From NCBI GenBank assembly GCA_947643715.1, contig CANRXB010000012.1, forward strand, positions 444-64,443: a DNA stretch of 64,000 nucleotides. Direction: 5' to 3'. The translations under genes were made by a program, and so were the position numbers. The first letter of the stretch is position 1; every line of letters begins with the position of its first letter. This stretch comes from an uncultured bacterium. GTDB taxonomy: Bacteria > Bacillota > Clostridia > Oscillospirales > Oscillospiraceae. Under the pieces are notes generated by a model, which saw nothing but the letters and a program-made list of their open reading frames with translations, ran no database searches and was not told where the DNA came from. Of this stretch, positions 19,981-28,096 are shown piece after piece.

Positions 19981-20310
19981 TCATTGGTTCGGCACGACGG
20001 CAAAGAACTCCAGCGGCCCGTCGCTGTCGTTCACGAGGGCGTGGGAGTGCCCCTTGGGGCAGTAGTGGCAGTCTCCCGCCTTCAGCGTCTCCACGCCCCC
20101 GTCATACTCCACCTTGCCCGTACCGGACAGGATATAGATGATCTCGCTGCTGGTCTCGTGGGTGTGATAGCCGATGGAGGATCCGGGCTCCAATCCGCCG
20201 CGCAGGATCTTGCCCAGCTCGTCCACCCGCATCTTGGCACGCAGGGACCCTTCGCCGCCCAAAAAACCGGGGATGACGGTCTCTTCCATGGCCGAAAAAT
20301 CGATCAGCAT
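19981..20310 (-). CDS. Cupin domain protein
   Basis: GYHTHETSSEIIYILSG and CPKGHSH cupin motifs; start set at ATG 20310. Confidence 0.85.
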   Translation of the reverse strand: MLIDFSAMEETVIPGFLGGEGSLRAKMRVDELGKILRGGLEPGSSIGYHTHETSSEIIYILSGTGKVEYDGGVETLKAGDCHYCPKGHSHALVNDSDGPLEFFAVVPNQ

Positions 20311-20323
20311 GGCGTTTCTCCTT

Positions 20324-20503
20324 TCAAACGGGCCGGAACTGGTTGAGGTCCGGGTCATAGGCATATCCTATCCCGGCCAACCCCTCGGTCAGATCCGAAG
20401 CGCCGGCATCCAGGCCGTCGCACAGCGCGTCCAGACTGGGGTACTCGTCCCGTAATTTCGCGTTCACATAGCTGAGCAGGATATAAGGGTCTTGTGGGAG
20501 CAT
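20324..20503 (-). CDS. DUF4250 family small protein (59 aa; below the ORF-track cutoff)
   Basis: Manual translation MLPQDPYILLSYVNAKLRDEYPSLDALC...GYAYDPDLNQFRPV; RBS upstream; fills the alaS-cupin gap. Confidence 0.8.
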   Translation of the reverse strand: MLPQDPYILLSYVNAKLRDEYPSLDALCDGLDAGASDLTEGLAGIGYAYDPDLNQFRPV

Positions 20504-20518
20504 GGCGATCCCCCTTCC

Positions 20519-23185
20519 TCACAGGCCCAGCTTCATGGCCACCACGTTGTCCACCATGGCCAGGGCGTTGTCCAGCATGAGCACGTCCTTGCCGCCGCCC
20601 ATCGCGGTGTCGGGCTTCCCGCCGCCGGAGCCTCCGGCGATGGCGGACACCTGCTTGATGATGTCGCCGGCCTTGATCCCCTTGGCCACCGCCTCCTTGC
20701 CGCAGGCACACAGGAAGGAGATCTTCCCCTCGTTGACACAGGCGAGCACCGCCACCACGGACGGATCCTTCTCCCGGACCAGATCGCCCATCTGACGCAG
20801 GCGGGCGCCGTCCGCCTCCGGTATCGTGGCCGTGAGCACCTTCAAGCCGCCCACCTCATGGGCGCCGAACATGATGCGTTCGGTCTCTCCCGCCGCTTCC
20901 TTCGCCTTGAACCGCTCCACGAGCTGGTGCAGGGTCTTGATCTCCCCCATGACGGCTTCCGCTTTCTCCCGCAGCTCGCCGGGCTTGGCCTTCAGCACCG
21001 CCGCGGCCTGCATCACCCGCTGCTGCACCTCTTCATAGAAGCGCAAGGTCTCCCGTCCGGTGGTGGCCTCGATGCGGCGCACGCCGCTGGCCACGGAGAA
21101 CTCGCTCTTGATGCGGAACGAGCCCGCCATCGCGGTATTGGTCAGATGGGTGCCGCCGCAGAACTCCACAGAATAGCCCTCGCCCATGTCCACCACCCGG
21201 ACCGTATCGCCGTATTTCTCGCCGAACAGGGCGATCGCGCCCCGCTTCCGGGCCTCCTCGATGGGCAGCACGTCGGTGCGCACATCGTAGCCCGACAGGA
21301 TCGCCTCATTGACGATGCGGCCGACCTCGGCCACCTCTTCCGGCGTCATGGCGGAAAAATGCGTGAAGTCGAAACGCAGCCGGTCCGGCTCCACCAGAGA
21401 GCCGGCCTGGTGCACGTGGTCGCCCAACACGGTGCGCAGCGCCTTGTCCAGCAGGTGGGTGGCGGTGTGGGCCCGCATGATGGCCTGGCGGCGGTCCTGA
21501 TCGATCTTGGCCTCCACCTCGTCCCCCAGCTTCAGCACGCCCTGCGTCAGCTTGCCGTAGTGCATATATTTGCCGCCCTTGTTCTTCTGCACATCGGTGA
21601 CCTGGAACACGGCCGCGTCGGGCCCGGCGGCGGAGATGACGCCATGGTCGGCGGTCTGGCCGCCCATCTCCGCGTAGAACGGGGTCTTGTCCAGCACCAC
21701 GATCGCTTCCACGCCGGGCATGAGCTCTTCGGCCTGCTCGCCCTCCACCACCAGCGCCGCCACTTTGGCGCCGGTGACGAGGCCGCTCCCATAGCCCATG
21801 AACTGCGTCTCCGGCACGTCCTTGCCGAACTCCACGCCGGCCCAGCCCAGATCGCCCAGGGCCTCCCGGGCCTTCCGGGCACGCTGGCGCTGCTCGTCCA
21901 TCAGCTTGCGGAACGCCTCCTCGTCCAGCGTCATGCCCTGCTCCTGCACCATCTCCAGGGTGAGGTCGATGGGGAAGCCGTAGGTGTCATAGAGCTTGAA
22001 CGCGTCCGCGCCGGAGAAGGTCTTTTCCCCCTTCTCCTTGTGGCCTAAGAGCATCTCATTAAAAATCTTGATGCCGCCGTCGATGGTCTTGGCGAAGTTC
22101 TCCTCCTCCACCCGGATGACCTTGGTGATATAGTCCTGCCGCTCCCGAAGCTCCGGATAGTGGCCCTCGTTCTCGCCGATCACGGTGTCGCACACCTGGT
22201 ACAAGAACGGCTCATCGACCCCGAGCAACTTGCCGTGGCGGGCGGCCCGGCGCAGCAGGCGGCGCAGCACATAGCCCCGCCCTTCGTTGGACGGCAGCAC
22301 CCCGTCGCAGATCATGAAGGTGGCGGAACGGATATGGTCGGTGATGACCCGCAGGGACACGTCTTTCTCGTGGGTCTGGCCATAATGGGCCTTCGTGATG
22401 TCCGACACCTTGTGCGTGATGTTCATCACGGTGTCCACATCGAACAGGGAATCCACCCCCTGGCAGACACAAGCCAGCCGCTCCAGGCCCATGCCGGTAT
22501 CGATGTTCTTCTGCTTCAGCTCGGTATAGTTGCCCTCTCCGTCATTGTCGAACTGAGAGAACACGTTGTTCCATACCTCGATATACCGATCGCAGTCGCA
22601 CCCCACCGTGCAGCCTGGCTTCCCGCAGCCGTGCTCCGGGCCGCGGTCGTAGTAGATCTCGGAGCAGGGGCCGCAGGGGCCGGAGCCGTGCTCCCAGAAA
22701 TTGTCCGCCTTGCCGAAGCGGAAGATGCGCTCCGGGGCGATGCCGATCTCCTTGTTCCAGATCTCGAACGCCTCGTCGTCGTCCTCATAGATGGAGGGAT
22801 ACAGCCGGTCCGGGTCCAGTCCCACCCACTCCGGAGAGGTCAGGAACTCCCAGGACCAGGCGATGGCCTCCCGCTTGAAGTAGTCGCCGAAGGAGAAATT
22901 GCCCAGCATCTCGAAATAGGTGCCGTGGCGGGCCGTCTTGCCGATGTTCTCGATGTCCCCGGTGCGGATGCACTTTTGGCAGGTACACACCCGGCGGCGG
23001 GGGGGCTCCTGCTCACCGGTGAACCAGGGCTTCATGGGCGCCATGCCGGAGTTGATGAGCAGCAGGGACGCGTCGTTCTGGGGGATCAGGGAAAAGCTGG
23101 GCAGGCGCAGGTGGCCTTTCGTCTCGAAAAACTTCAGGAACATCTCCCGAAGCTCGTTCAGGCCATAGGGTTTGGGGTCGCTCAT
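20519..23185 (-). CDS. alaS: Alanine--tRNA ligase
   Basis: LLINSGMAPMK, FEMLGNFSFGDYFK, IDTGMGLER, HTATHLL, EFCGGTH, GGGKPDTAMGG. Confidence 0.98.
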   Translation of the reverse strand: MSDPKPYGLNELREMFLKFFETKGHLRLPSFSLIPQNDASLLLINSGMAPMKPWFTGEQEPPRRRVCTCQKCIRTGDIENIGKTARHGTYFEMLGNFSFGDYFKREAIAWSWEFLTSPEWVGLDPDRLYPSIYEDDDEAFEIWNKEIGIAPERIFRFGKADNFWEHGSGPCGPCSEIYYDRGPEHGCGKPGCTVGCDCDRYIEVWNNVFSQFDNDGEGNYTELKQKNIDTGMGLERLACVCQGVDSLFDVDTVMNITHKVSDITKAHYGQTHEKDVSLRVITDHIRSATFMICDGVLPSNEGRGYVLRRLLRRAARHGKLLGVDEPFLYQVCDTVIGENEGHYPELRERQDYITKVIRVEEENFAKTIDGGIKIFNEMLLGHKEKGEKTFSGADAFKLYDTYGFPIDLTLEMVQEQGMTLDEEAFRKLMDEQRQRARKAREALGDLGWAGVEFGKDVPETQFMGYGSGLVTGAKVAALVVEGEQAEELMPGVEAIVVLDKTPFYAEMGGQTADHGVISAAGPDAAVFQVTDVQKNKGGKYMHYGKLTQGVLKLGDEVEAKIDQDRRQAIMRAHTATHLLDKALRTVLGDHVHQAGSLVEPDRLRFDFTHFSAMTPEEVAEVGRIVNEAILSGYDVRTDVLPIEEARKRGAIALFGEKYGDTVRVVDMGEGYSVEFCGGTHLTNTAMAGSFRIKSEFSVASGVRRIEATTGRETLRFYEEVQQRVMQAAAVLKAKPGELREKAEAVMGEIKTLHQLVERFKAKEAAGETERIMFGAHEVGGLKVLTATIPEADGARLRQMGDLVREKDPSVVAVLACVNEGKISFLCACGKEAVAKGIKAGDIIKQVSAIAGGSGGGKPDTAMGGGKDVLMLDNALAMVDNVVAMKLGL

Positions 23186-23200
23186 GGGGATTACCTCCAT

Positions 23201-24091
23201 TCATTCTAGATCTTTCAGTCCGTCATACAGTTCCGTGAAGGATCGCTGCCGCTCACACCGGCCGAAGGAGAGCTGCTTGTCCTCGCCGAACTCCAGCAGC
23301 CAGCACTTGGTCAGCTCCTCCACCGTCTGCTCCAGGGCGAGGAAGAACTGCCGGTACGCGAACGCACAGGCCGGCGTGCCCTCCTCGAACTGGCTGAGGA
23401 TCAGCGATTCCGTCACCTGGTCCAACGGGTAGAGCTTCAGGTGCATCAGCTCGTGGACGATGACCTCCTCCAAGTTCTCCTGCTTTGGATCGGCGGCGAG
23501 CATGAGGATCGCCTTTTTGTCGTCGCAGTCCACCTTCAGGTCGCCGGTCTTTCGCCAGTTCGGGTCGCTCACCAGCTCCAGCCGCACGTCCCAGTCGGGC
23601 ACCAGCCGCAGCTTTCCACACCACTTCTCAAAGAGGGCCTGGACGCCCCCCGTGTCCGGGTACACCAGCTCGAATTCCTCGCACACCACCGGCATGTCCA
23701 AAGAGAACTCCAGCCCCGCCTGTCCCAGCTCGGCCCGGAAGAAAGCCTCGTGGACCCGCCGCCAATGGGCCAGGGAACGGTCGCCCTCCCCCTCTCTCCA
23801 GGCATGCCGGGCGGACACCTGGTCGAAGGGCACGGTGTACACCCGTGTCGTGCGGATGACGCACACCGCTTGGTCCCGGCTGTCCAGGATGACGCTGTAT
23901 TCCCCGGCACGGGGCATGGGCTCCTCCCCCATCTCGTACCAGATCCCCGCGCTGGCGGTGGCGGTCTTGATCCCGTTCCGGGTCGATGCCGCCAGCGTAT
24001 CCGGGTCGTCGCCGAAGGACCACGCCTCGTAGTCCTCCCCGGCGTCCGGATCGACGGCCCGATAGGCCGCCCAAAGCTCTTGATGGGTCAT
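23201..24091 (-). CDS. ASCH-domain protein fused to a HEXXH-containing domain
   Basis: N-terminal ASCH (GIKTATAS, HAWREGEGDRSLAHWRRVH); C-terminal EEVIVHELMH; start set at ATG 24091. Confidence 0.8.
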   Translation of the reverse strand: MTHQELWAAYRAVDPDAGEDYEAWSFGDDPDTLAASTRNGIKTATASAGIWYEMGEEPMPRAGEYSVILDSRDQAVCVIRTTRVYTVPFDQVSARHAWREGEGDRSLAHWRRVHEAFFRAELGQAGLEFSLDMPVVCEEFELVYPDTGGVQALFEKWCGKLRLVPDWDVRLELVSDPNWRKTGDLKVDCDDKKAILMLAADPKQENLEEVIVHELMHLKLYPLDQVTESLILSQFEEGTPACAFAYRQFFLALEQTVEELTKCWLLEFGEDKQLSFGRCERQRSFTELYDGLKDLE

Positions 24092-24099
24092 GGGACACC

Positions 24100-24330
24100 T
24101 CCGAAAAAAGAAACGCCCCTGCCGTAAGTCCGGGGATGAAGCAGACGCTCCACGGTACCACCCCGGTTCCCCACATGGCAAGGACACTCGTTCGTCCGAT
24201 AACGGGGACGATCCGCCCCGCTCCTCGCGGGAACGCTCAGGAGCGGCGCGTCCATCGCCTCACGCGAGGGTTCCCACCATCCCCTCTCTCTGGTGCGCGG
24301 CAGTTTGGACTTAGCTCCGTCATCGCGAAC
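24100..24330 (-). ncRNA. T-box riboswitch, alanine-specific
   Basis: On the - strand: AGAGA and GGTGGGA stem I motifs, specifier GCT (24242-24244), T-box GGGTGGTACCGTG (UGGU pairs with tRNA-Ala ACCA), then a terminator with T run. Confidence 0.85.
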
Positions 24331-24332
24331 CT

Positions 24333-24360
24333 ATTCTATCACATTTTCCATCCTTGTCAA
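24333..24360 (-). promoter_or_regulatory. sigA promoter of the T-box/alaS operon
   Basis: TTGACA-N16-TAGAAT with an extended TG. Confidence 0.7.
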
Positions 24361-24372
24361 TACGGAAGCGAG

Positions 24373-24405
24373 AAAAAGCCCCCGCCGGGAGGTGCCGGCG
24401 GGGGC
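24373..24405 (-). terminator. Terminator after the Fe-ADH gene
   Basis: GCCCCCGCCGG/CCGGCGGGGGC stem plus T run on the - strand. Confidence 0.75.
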
Positions 24406-24424
24406 CAGACGGGTCTCGCTGGGA

Positions 24425-25642
24425 TCAGAAGTCCACCTCAGTGTCGTAATAGCAGCACTTGAGCAGCTTCTCCATCTCCTCCACGGAGGGCTGGCGGGGA
24501 TTGGACCCGGTGCAGGCGTCGCCCAAGGCGTTGACGGCGATGTCATGCAGCCGCTCCAGGAACACCTCCTCGGGGACGAAGCCCTGGTCGCAGGGATAGC
24601 TGTCCGGACCGTACTTCCCGATGCAGTGGGGGATGTTCAGGTCGTCGTTCATCTTGCGCAGGTAGGCGATGAGCAGCGCCACCTTCTCCTCCACGCTGTC
24701 GCCGCCCAGCTTCATGAAGTCGGCGATCTCACCGTACCGCTTGGCGGCGGTCTCGTCCTTGGCGTTGAACGCGATGACCTTGGGCAGATACATGGCGTTG
24801 GCCGCGCCATGGATGATGTGCGCGCCATGGTCGGCGAAGGCCGCGCCGGTCTTGTGGGCCATGGAATGGACGATGCCCAGCAGCGCGTTGGAGAACGCCA
24901 TGCCGGCCAGGCACTGGGCGTTGTGCATGGAATCGCGCTTGGCCATGTCGCCATTATAGGAGTCCACCAGATCGTTCTGGATCATCTTGATGGCGTGCAG
25001 GGCCAGGGGATCGGTATAGTCGCAGTTGGCGGTGGACACATATGCCTCGACGGCATGGGTGATGGCGTCCATACCGGTGTGGGCCACCAGCTTCTTGGGC
25101 ATGGTCTCGGCCAGGTCCGGGTCCACGATGGCCACGTCAGGCGTGATCTCGAAATCGGCGATGGGGTACTTGATGCCCTTCTGATAGTCGGTGATGATGG
25201 AGAAAGCGGTCACCTCGGTCGCGGTGCCGGAGGTGGAAGAGATGGCGCAGAAGCGGGCCTTCTTGCGCAGGGCCGGGATGCCGAACACCTTGCACATCTC
25301 CTCGAAGGTGATGTCGGGGTACTCATACTTGATCCACATCGCCTTGGCCGCGTCGATGGGGGAACCGCCGCCCATGGCCACGATCCAGTCGGGCTGGAAC
25401 TTCTGCATGGCCTCGGCGCCCTTCATGACGGTCTCCACAGAGGGGTCGGGCTCGATGCCCTCGAACAGCTCCACCTCCATGCCCGCTTCCTTTAAGTAAG
25501 CGACCGCCCGGTCCAGGAAACCGAACTTCTTCATGGAACCGCCGCCCACGCAGACGATCGCGCGCTTGCCGTCGAAGGACTTCAGCGCCTCCAGCGCTCC
25601 TTTTCCATGGTAAAGATCCCGGGGAAGAGTAAAACGTGCCAT
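24425..25642 (-). CDS. Iron-containing alcohol dehydrogenase (butanol dehydrogenase-like)
   Basis: MARFTLPRDLYHG, MGGGSPIDAAK, STSGTATE, GMDAITHAVEA, GIVHSMAH. Confidence 0.92.
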   Translation of the reverse strand: MARFTLPRDLYHGKGALEALKSFDGKRAIVCVGGGSMKKFGFLDRAVAYLKEAGMEVELFEGIEPDPSVETVMKGAEAMQKFQPDWIVAMGGGSPIDAAKAMWIKYEYPDITFEEMCKVFGIPALRKKARFCAISSTSGTATEVTAFSIITDYQKGIKYPIADFEITPDVAIVDPDLAETMPKKLVAHTGMDAITHAVEAYVSTANCDYTDPLALHAIKMIQNDLVDSYNGDMAKRDSMHNAQCLAGMAFSNALLGIVHSMAHKTGAAFADHGAHIIHGAANAMYLPKVIAFNAKDETAAKRYGEIADFMKLGGDSVEEKVALLIAYLRKMNDDLNIPHCIGKYGPDSYPCDQGFVPEEVFLERLHDIAVNALGDACTGSNPRQPSVEEMEKLLKCCYYDTEVDF

Positions 25643-25684
25643 TTGAATTACCTCCAATTCATTTTGGGCGATCGGCCCAGATCC

Positions 25685-25720
25685 TGTTAACATTTTAACA
25701 TTATTTTCCCCGGATTGCAA
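25685..25720 (-). promoter_or_regulatory. sigA promoter overlapped by a Rex-like operator
   Basis: TTGCAA-N17-TAAAAT on the - strand; palindrome TGTTAA-CATT-TTAACA (25685-25700) covers the -10. Confidence 0.7.
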
Positions 25721-25946
25721 GAGGAGATTTGGCGCGTCCTTTTCAAAAAAGATGCCGCCGGCGGGACGCCTCAAAGGATCCCCTGGAGACCGAAATGCAG
25801 CAGCCAGAGAGTTGGCAAGGACATTAGGGCCTGAACGCTCTTTTGGATGCCAACGGATATGTATGTCCCTCCCCTTTCCGGCCGGCGCTTGGGCGAAGGG
25901 CATCGCGAAAAGACGCCCGGCGGCACCGGGCTCGGACCGGAGCGCG

Positions 25947-26516
25947 TCAGCACTCCATCCGTTTCAGCATGGCCCGCATCTGCGTCACCCCCTGCCGGTG
26001 CTGGGCGACGATCGTCCGCAGGATCGGCACGAGCTCGGTGCAGACGTCGTACTTCAACGCGTTCTCCGCCATACGGACGGCCCCTTGATGGTGGGGGATC
26101 ATCTCCCGCAGGAACACGGCGTTCAGCCGGTTGTTCTCCGGGGCGGCGCCCATCTGCGCGTACATCTCCCGATAGATGAGGTCCATCCGCCGCTGATAGA
26201 GCCGCAGATCCAACACCGGGTTGGTGAGCTGACGGCACGGGCCCAAGGCCGCCTCCAGCCGGTCGATGCTCTGGGTCTGCTGGTCGATCATGCGCTGCGC
26301 CATCCGCTGGATGGACTTGCTGCCTGTGAAGCGCAGGATGTTGTTGGACAATTGGATCGCCGCACGGTGATGGGGCACCATCTGGACGGCGAAATTCTGG
26401 GAGATGCTTTGGCTGAGGCTGGCGGTGGTCATGCCTTGCACCATCTCATCCAGGATGTGATAAAAGCAGCACAGGTAGGTCTTGGTGTCCTCGCTGAGCA
26501 GACAGGTATTTCTCAA
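25947..26516 (-). CDS. DUF305 domain (ferritin-like) protein, probably sporulation-associated
   Basis: Duplicated MVPHHRAAI / MIPHHQGAVRMA motifs; TTG start after a strong RBS. Confidence 0.8.
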   Translation of the reverse strand: MRNTCLLSEDTKTYLCCFYHILDEMVQGMTTASLSQSISQNFAVQMVPHHRAAIQLSNNILRFTGSKSIQRMAQRMIDQQTQSIDRLEAALGPCRQLTNPVLDLRLYQRRMDLIYREMYAQMGAAPENNRLNAVFLREMIPHHQGAVRMAENALKYDVCTELVPILRTIVAQHRQGVTQMRAMLKRMEC

Positions 26517-26536
26517 GGTTCACCCCTCCTTTTCCC

Positions 26537-26564
26537 TATCCTATGAGGGAAAAGGAGGGGATGT
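26537..26564 (-). promoter_or_regulatory. sigK-type promoter
   Basis: AC-N17-CATAGGATA matches AC-N16/18-CATANNNTA. Confidence 0.55.
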
Positions 26565-26586
26565 TCAAAAAAGAAAGCGGGACGGC

Positions 26587-27966
26587 TCACGGCTGGTGTT
26601 TCCCGATGTCGAAGGCGTGGAGCCAGTCCGACCGGACCAGGAAGAGCAGCAGCACCACCGAGCTGAGGCCCCAGGTGAGCGGATAGGCCCAGGAGATGGT
26701 CTGGAACACAGGCATGGCACGGGTCGCAAGGGTGACGTACAGCACCCGGACACAGCACCAGAAGGCCAGCATGGTGGCCATCGGCACGAAGGACTTGCCG
26801 CAGCCCCGCAGCACTCCGGCGGCACAATAGGTGAACGCCAGCAGGAAGAAGAAGGGGGCGACCACCCGCGCGTGGATCGCGCCGAACCCGATGGCCTCCG
26901 GAACGTCCACGAAAAAGCGCAGGGCCGGGGGCGCGGCGAAGAGGAACACCACTCCGATCAGCTCGGCCACGGACACCCCCGCCAGGATGCCGAACACCGC
27001 GCCGCGTTTCGCCCGCTCGTACTGCCGGGCACCCAGGTTCTGGCTGATGAAGGTGGGCAGGGCCATGGACATGCTCATGATGGGCAGGAACACCAGCCCC
27101 TCGATCTTCACATAGGCGCCGTGTCCGGACATGGCGTATTGGCCGAAGGAGTTGATATTGCTCTGTACCACCAGGTTCCCGATGCTGATGACAGCGTTCT
27201 GCACTCCTGCGGGCAGTCCCTGCGGCAAGATCTGGGCGAGGATCTCCGGATAGATGCGCAGCTTGCGGAGATCCAGCCGGGTGTAGTCCTTCATCCGGCA
27301 CATCCGCCACAGGCACATGAGGAAGCTGCATCCCTGGGTGATGACGGTGGCCGCCGCCGCTCCCGCCACGCCCCAGTGGAGCACTGCCACGAAGAGCAGA
27401 TCCAGCGCCATGTTCAGTACGGAGGAGGCCATGAGGTAGTACAGCGGGTGGAGGCTGTCGCCCAACGACTGCATGATGGCCATGCAGATGTTGTAGAGGA
27501 TGACCGTGAACACGCCGCCGAAATAGATGCGGAAATAGGTCAGCGAGTAGGGCAGCACCGAGGCAGGCGTATGGGTCAGCAGCAGCAGCTTCGGCACCAG
27601 CAGCGACCCCACCACCGTCGAGAGCACCGACGCGGCGATCCCGAACAGGAAATCGGTGTGGATGGCCTTCGATACGTTCTCTTCGTCCCCCGCTCCATAG
27701 TACCGGGAGATGATGACGCCGCCGCCCACAGCGATACCGTTGAAGAGACCGATGATGAGGAAGGTGAGGTTGCCGCCGGAGCTGACGGCGGCAAAGGCTT
27801 CGTTCTCGGCGAAATTCCCCAACACCCAGGCGTCGGCCAGGTTGTAGAGCTGCTGGAGGAGCTGGCCGAAGAACATCGGCAGCGCAAAGGAAAGGATGCA
27901 CCGGACCACCGACCCCTGGACCAGCGACGGGCTTTGGGGAGCGGTCCGCTCTTTGATGATAGGCAT
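26587..27966 (-). CDS. MATE family efflux transporter
   Basis: FALPMFFGQLLQQLYNLAD, GDSLHPLYYL, SQNLGARQYERAK; 12 predicted TM segments. Confidence 0.92.
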   Translation of the reverse strand: MPIIKERTAPQSPSLVQGSVVRCILSFALPMFFGQLLQQLYNLADAWVLGNFAENEAFAAVSSGGNLTFLIIGLFNGIAVGGGVIISRYYGAGDEENVSKAIHTDFLFGIAASVLSTVVGSLLVPKLLLLTHTPASVLPYSLTYFRIYFGGVFTVILYNICMAIMQSLGDSLHPLYYLMASSVLNMALDLLFVAVLHWGVAGAAAATVITQGCSFLMCLWRMCRMKDYTRLDLRKLRIYPEILAQILPQGLPAGVQNAVISIGNLVVQSNINSFGQYAMSGHGAYVKIEGLVFLPIMSMSMALPTFISQNLGARQYERAKRGAVFGILAGVSVAELIGVVFLFAAPPALRFFVDVPEAIGFGAIHARVVAPFFFLLAFTYCAAGVLRGCGKSFVPMATMLAFWCCVRVLYVTLATRAMPVFQTISWAYPLTWGLSSVVLLLFLVRSDWLHAFDIGKHQP

Positions 27967-28062
27967 GATAGCCATCCCTCGATCCATATGAAGATATCAA
28001 GGGGAAGTATACCACCAAGGGTAGGGGTCTCGTCAAGAGGCAGGAGGGGAGCGCGCGAAAAA

Positions 28063-28092
28063 TGTCCGTCCCCGGCGGACCGGGGACGGACA
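28063..28092 (-). terminator. Terminator after the FtsX-like permease
   Basis: TGTCCGTCCCCGG/CCGGGGACGGACA stem followed by a T run on the - strand. Confidence 0.75.
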
Positions 28093-28096
28093 GGGT

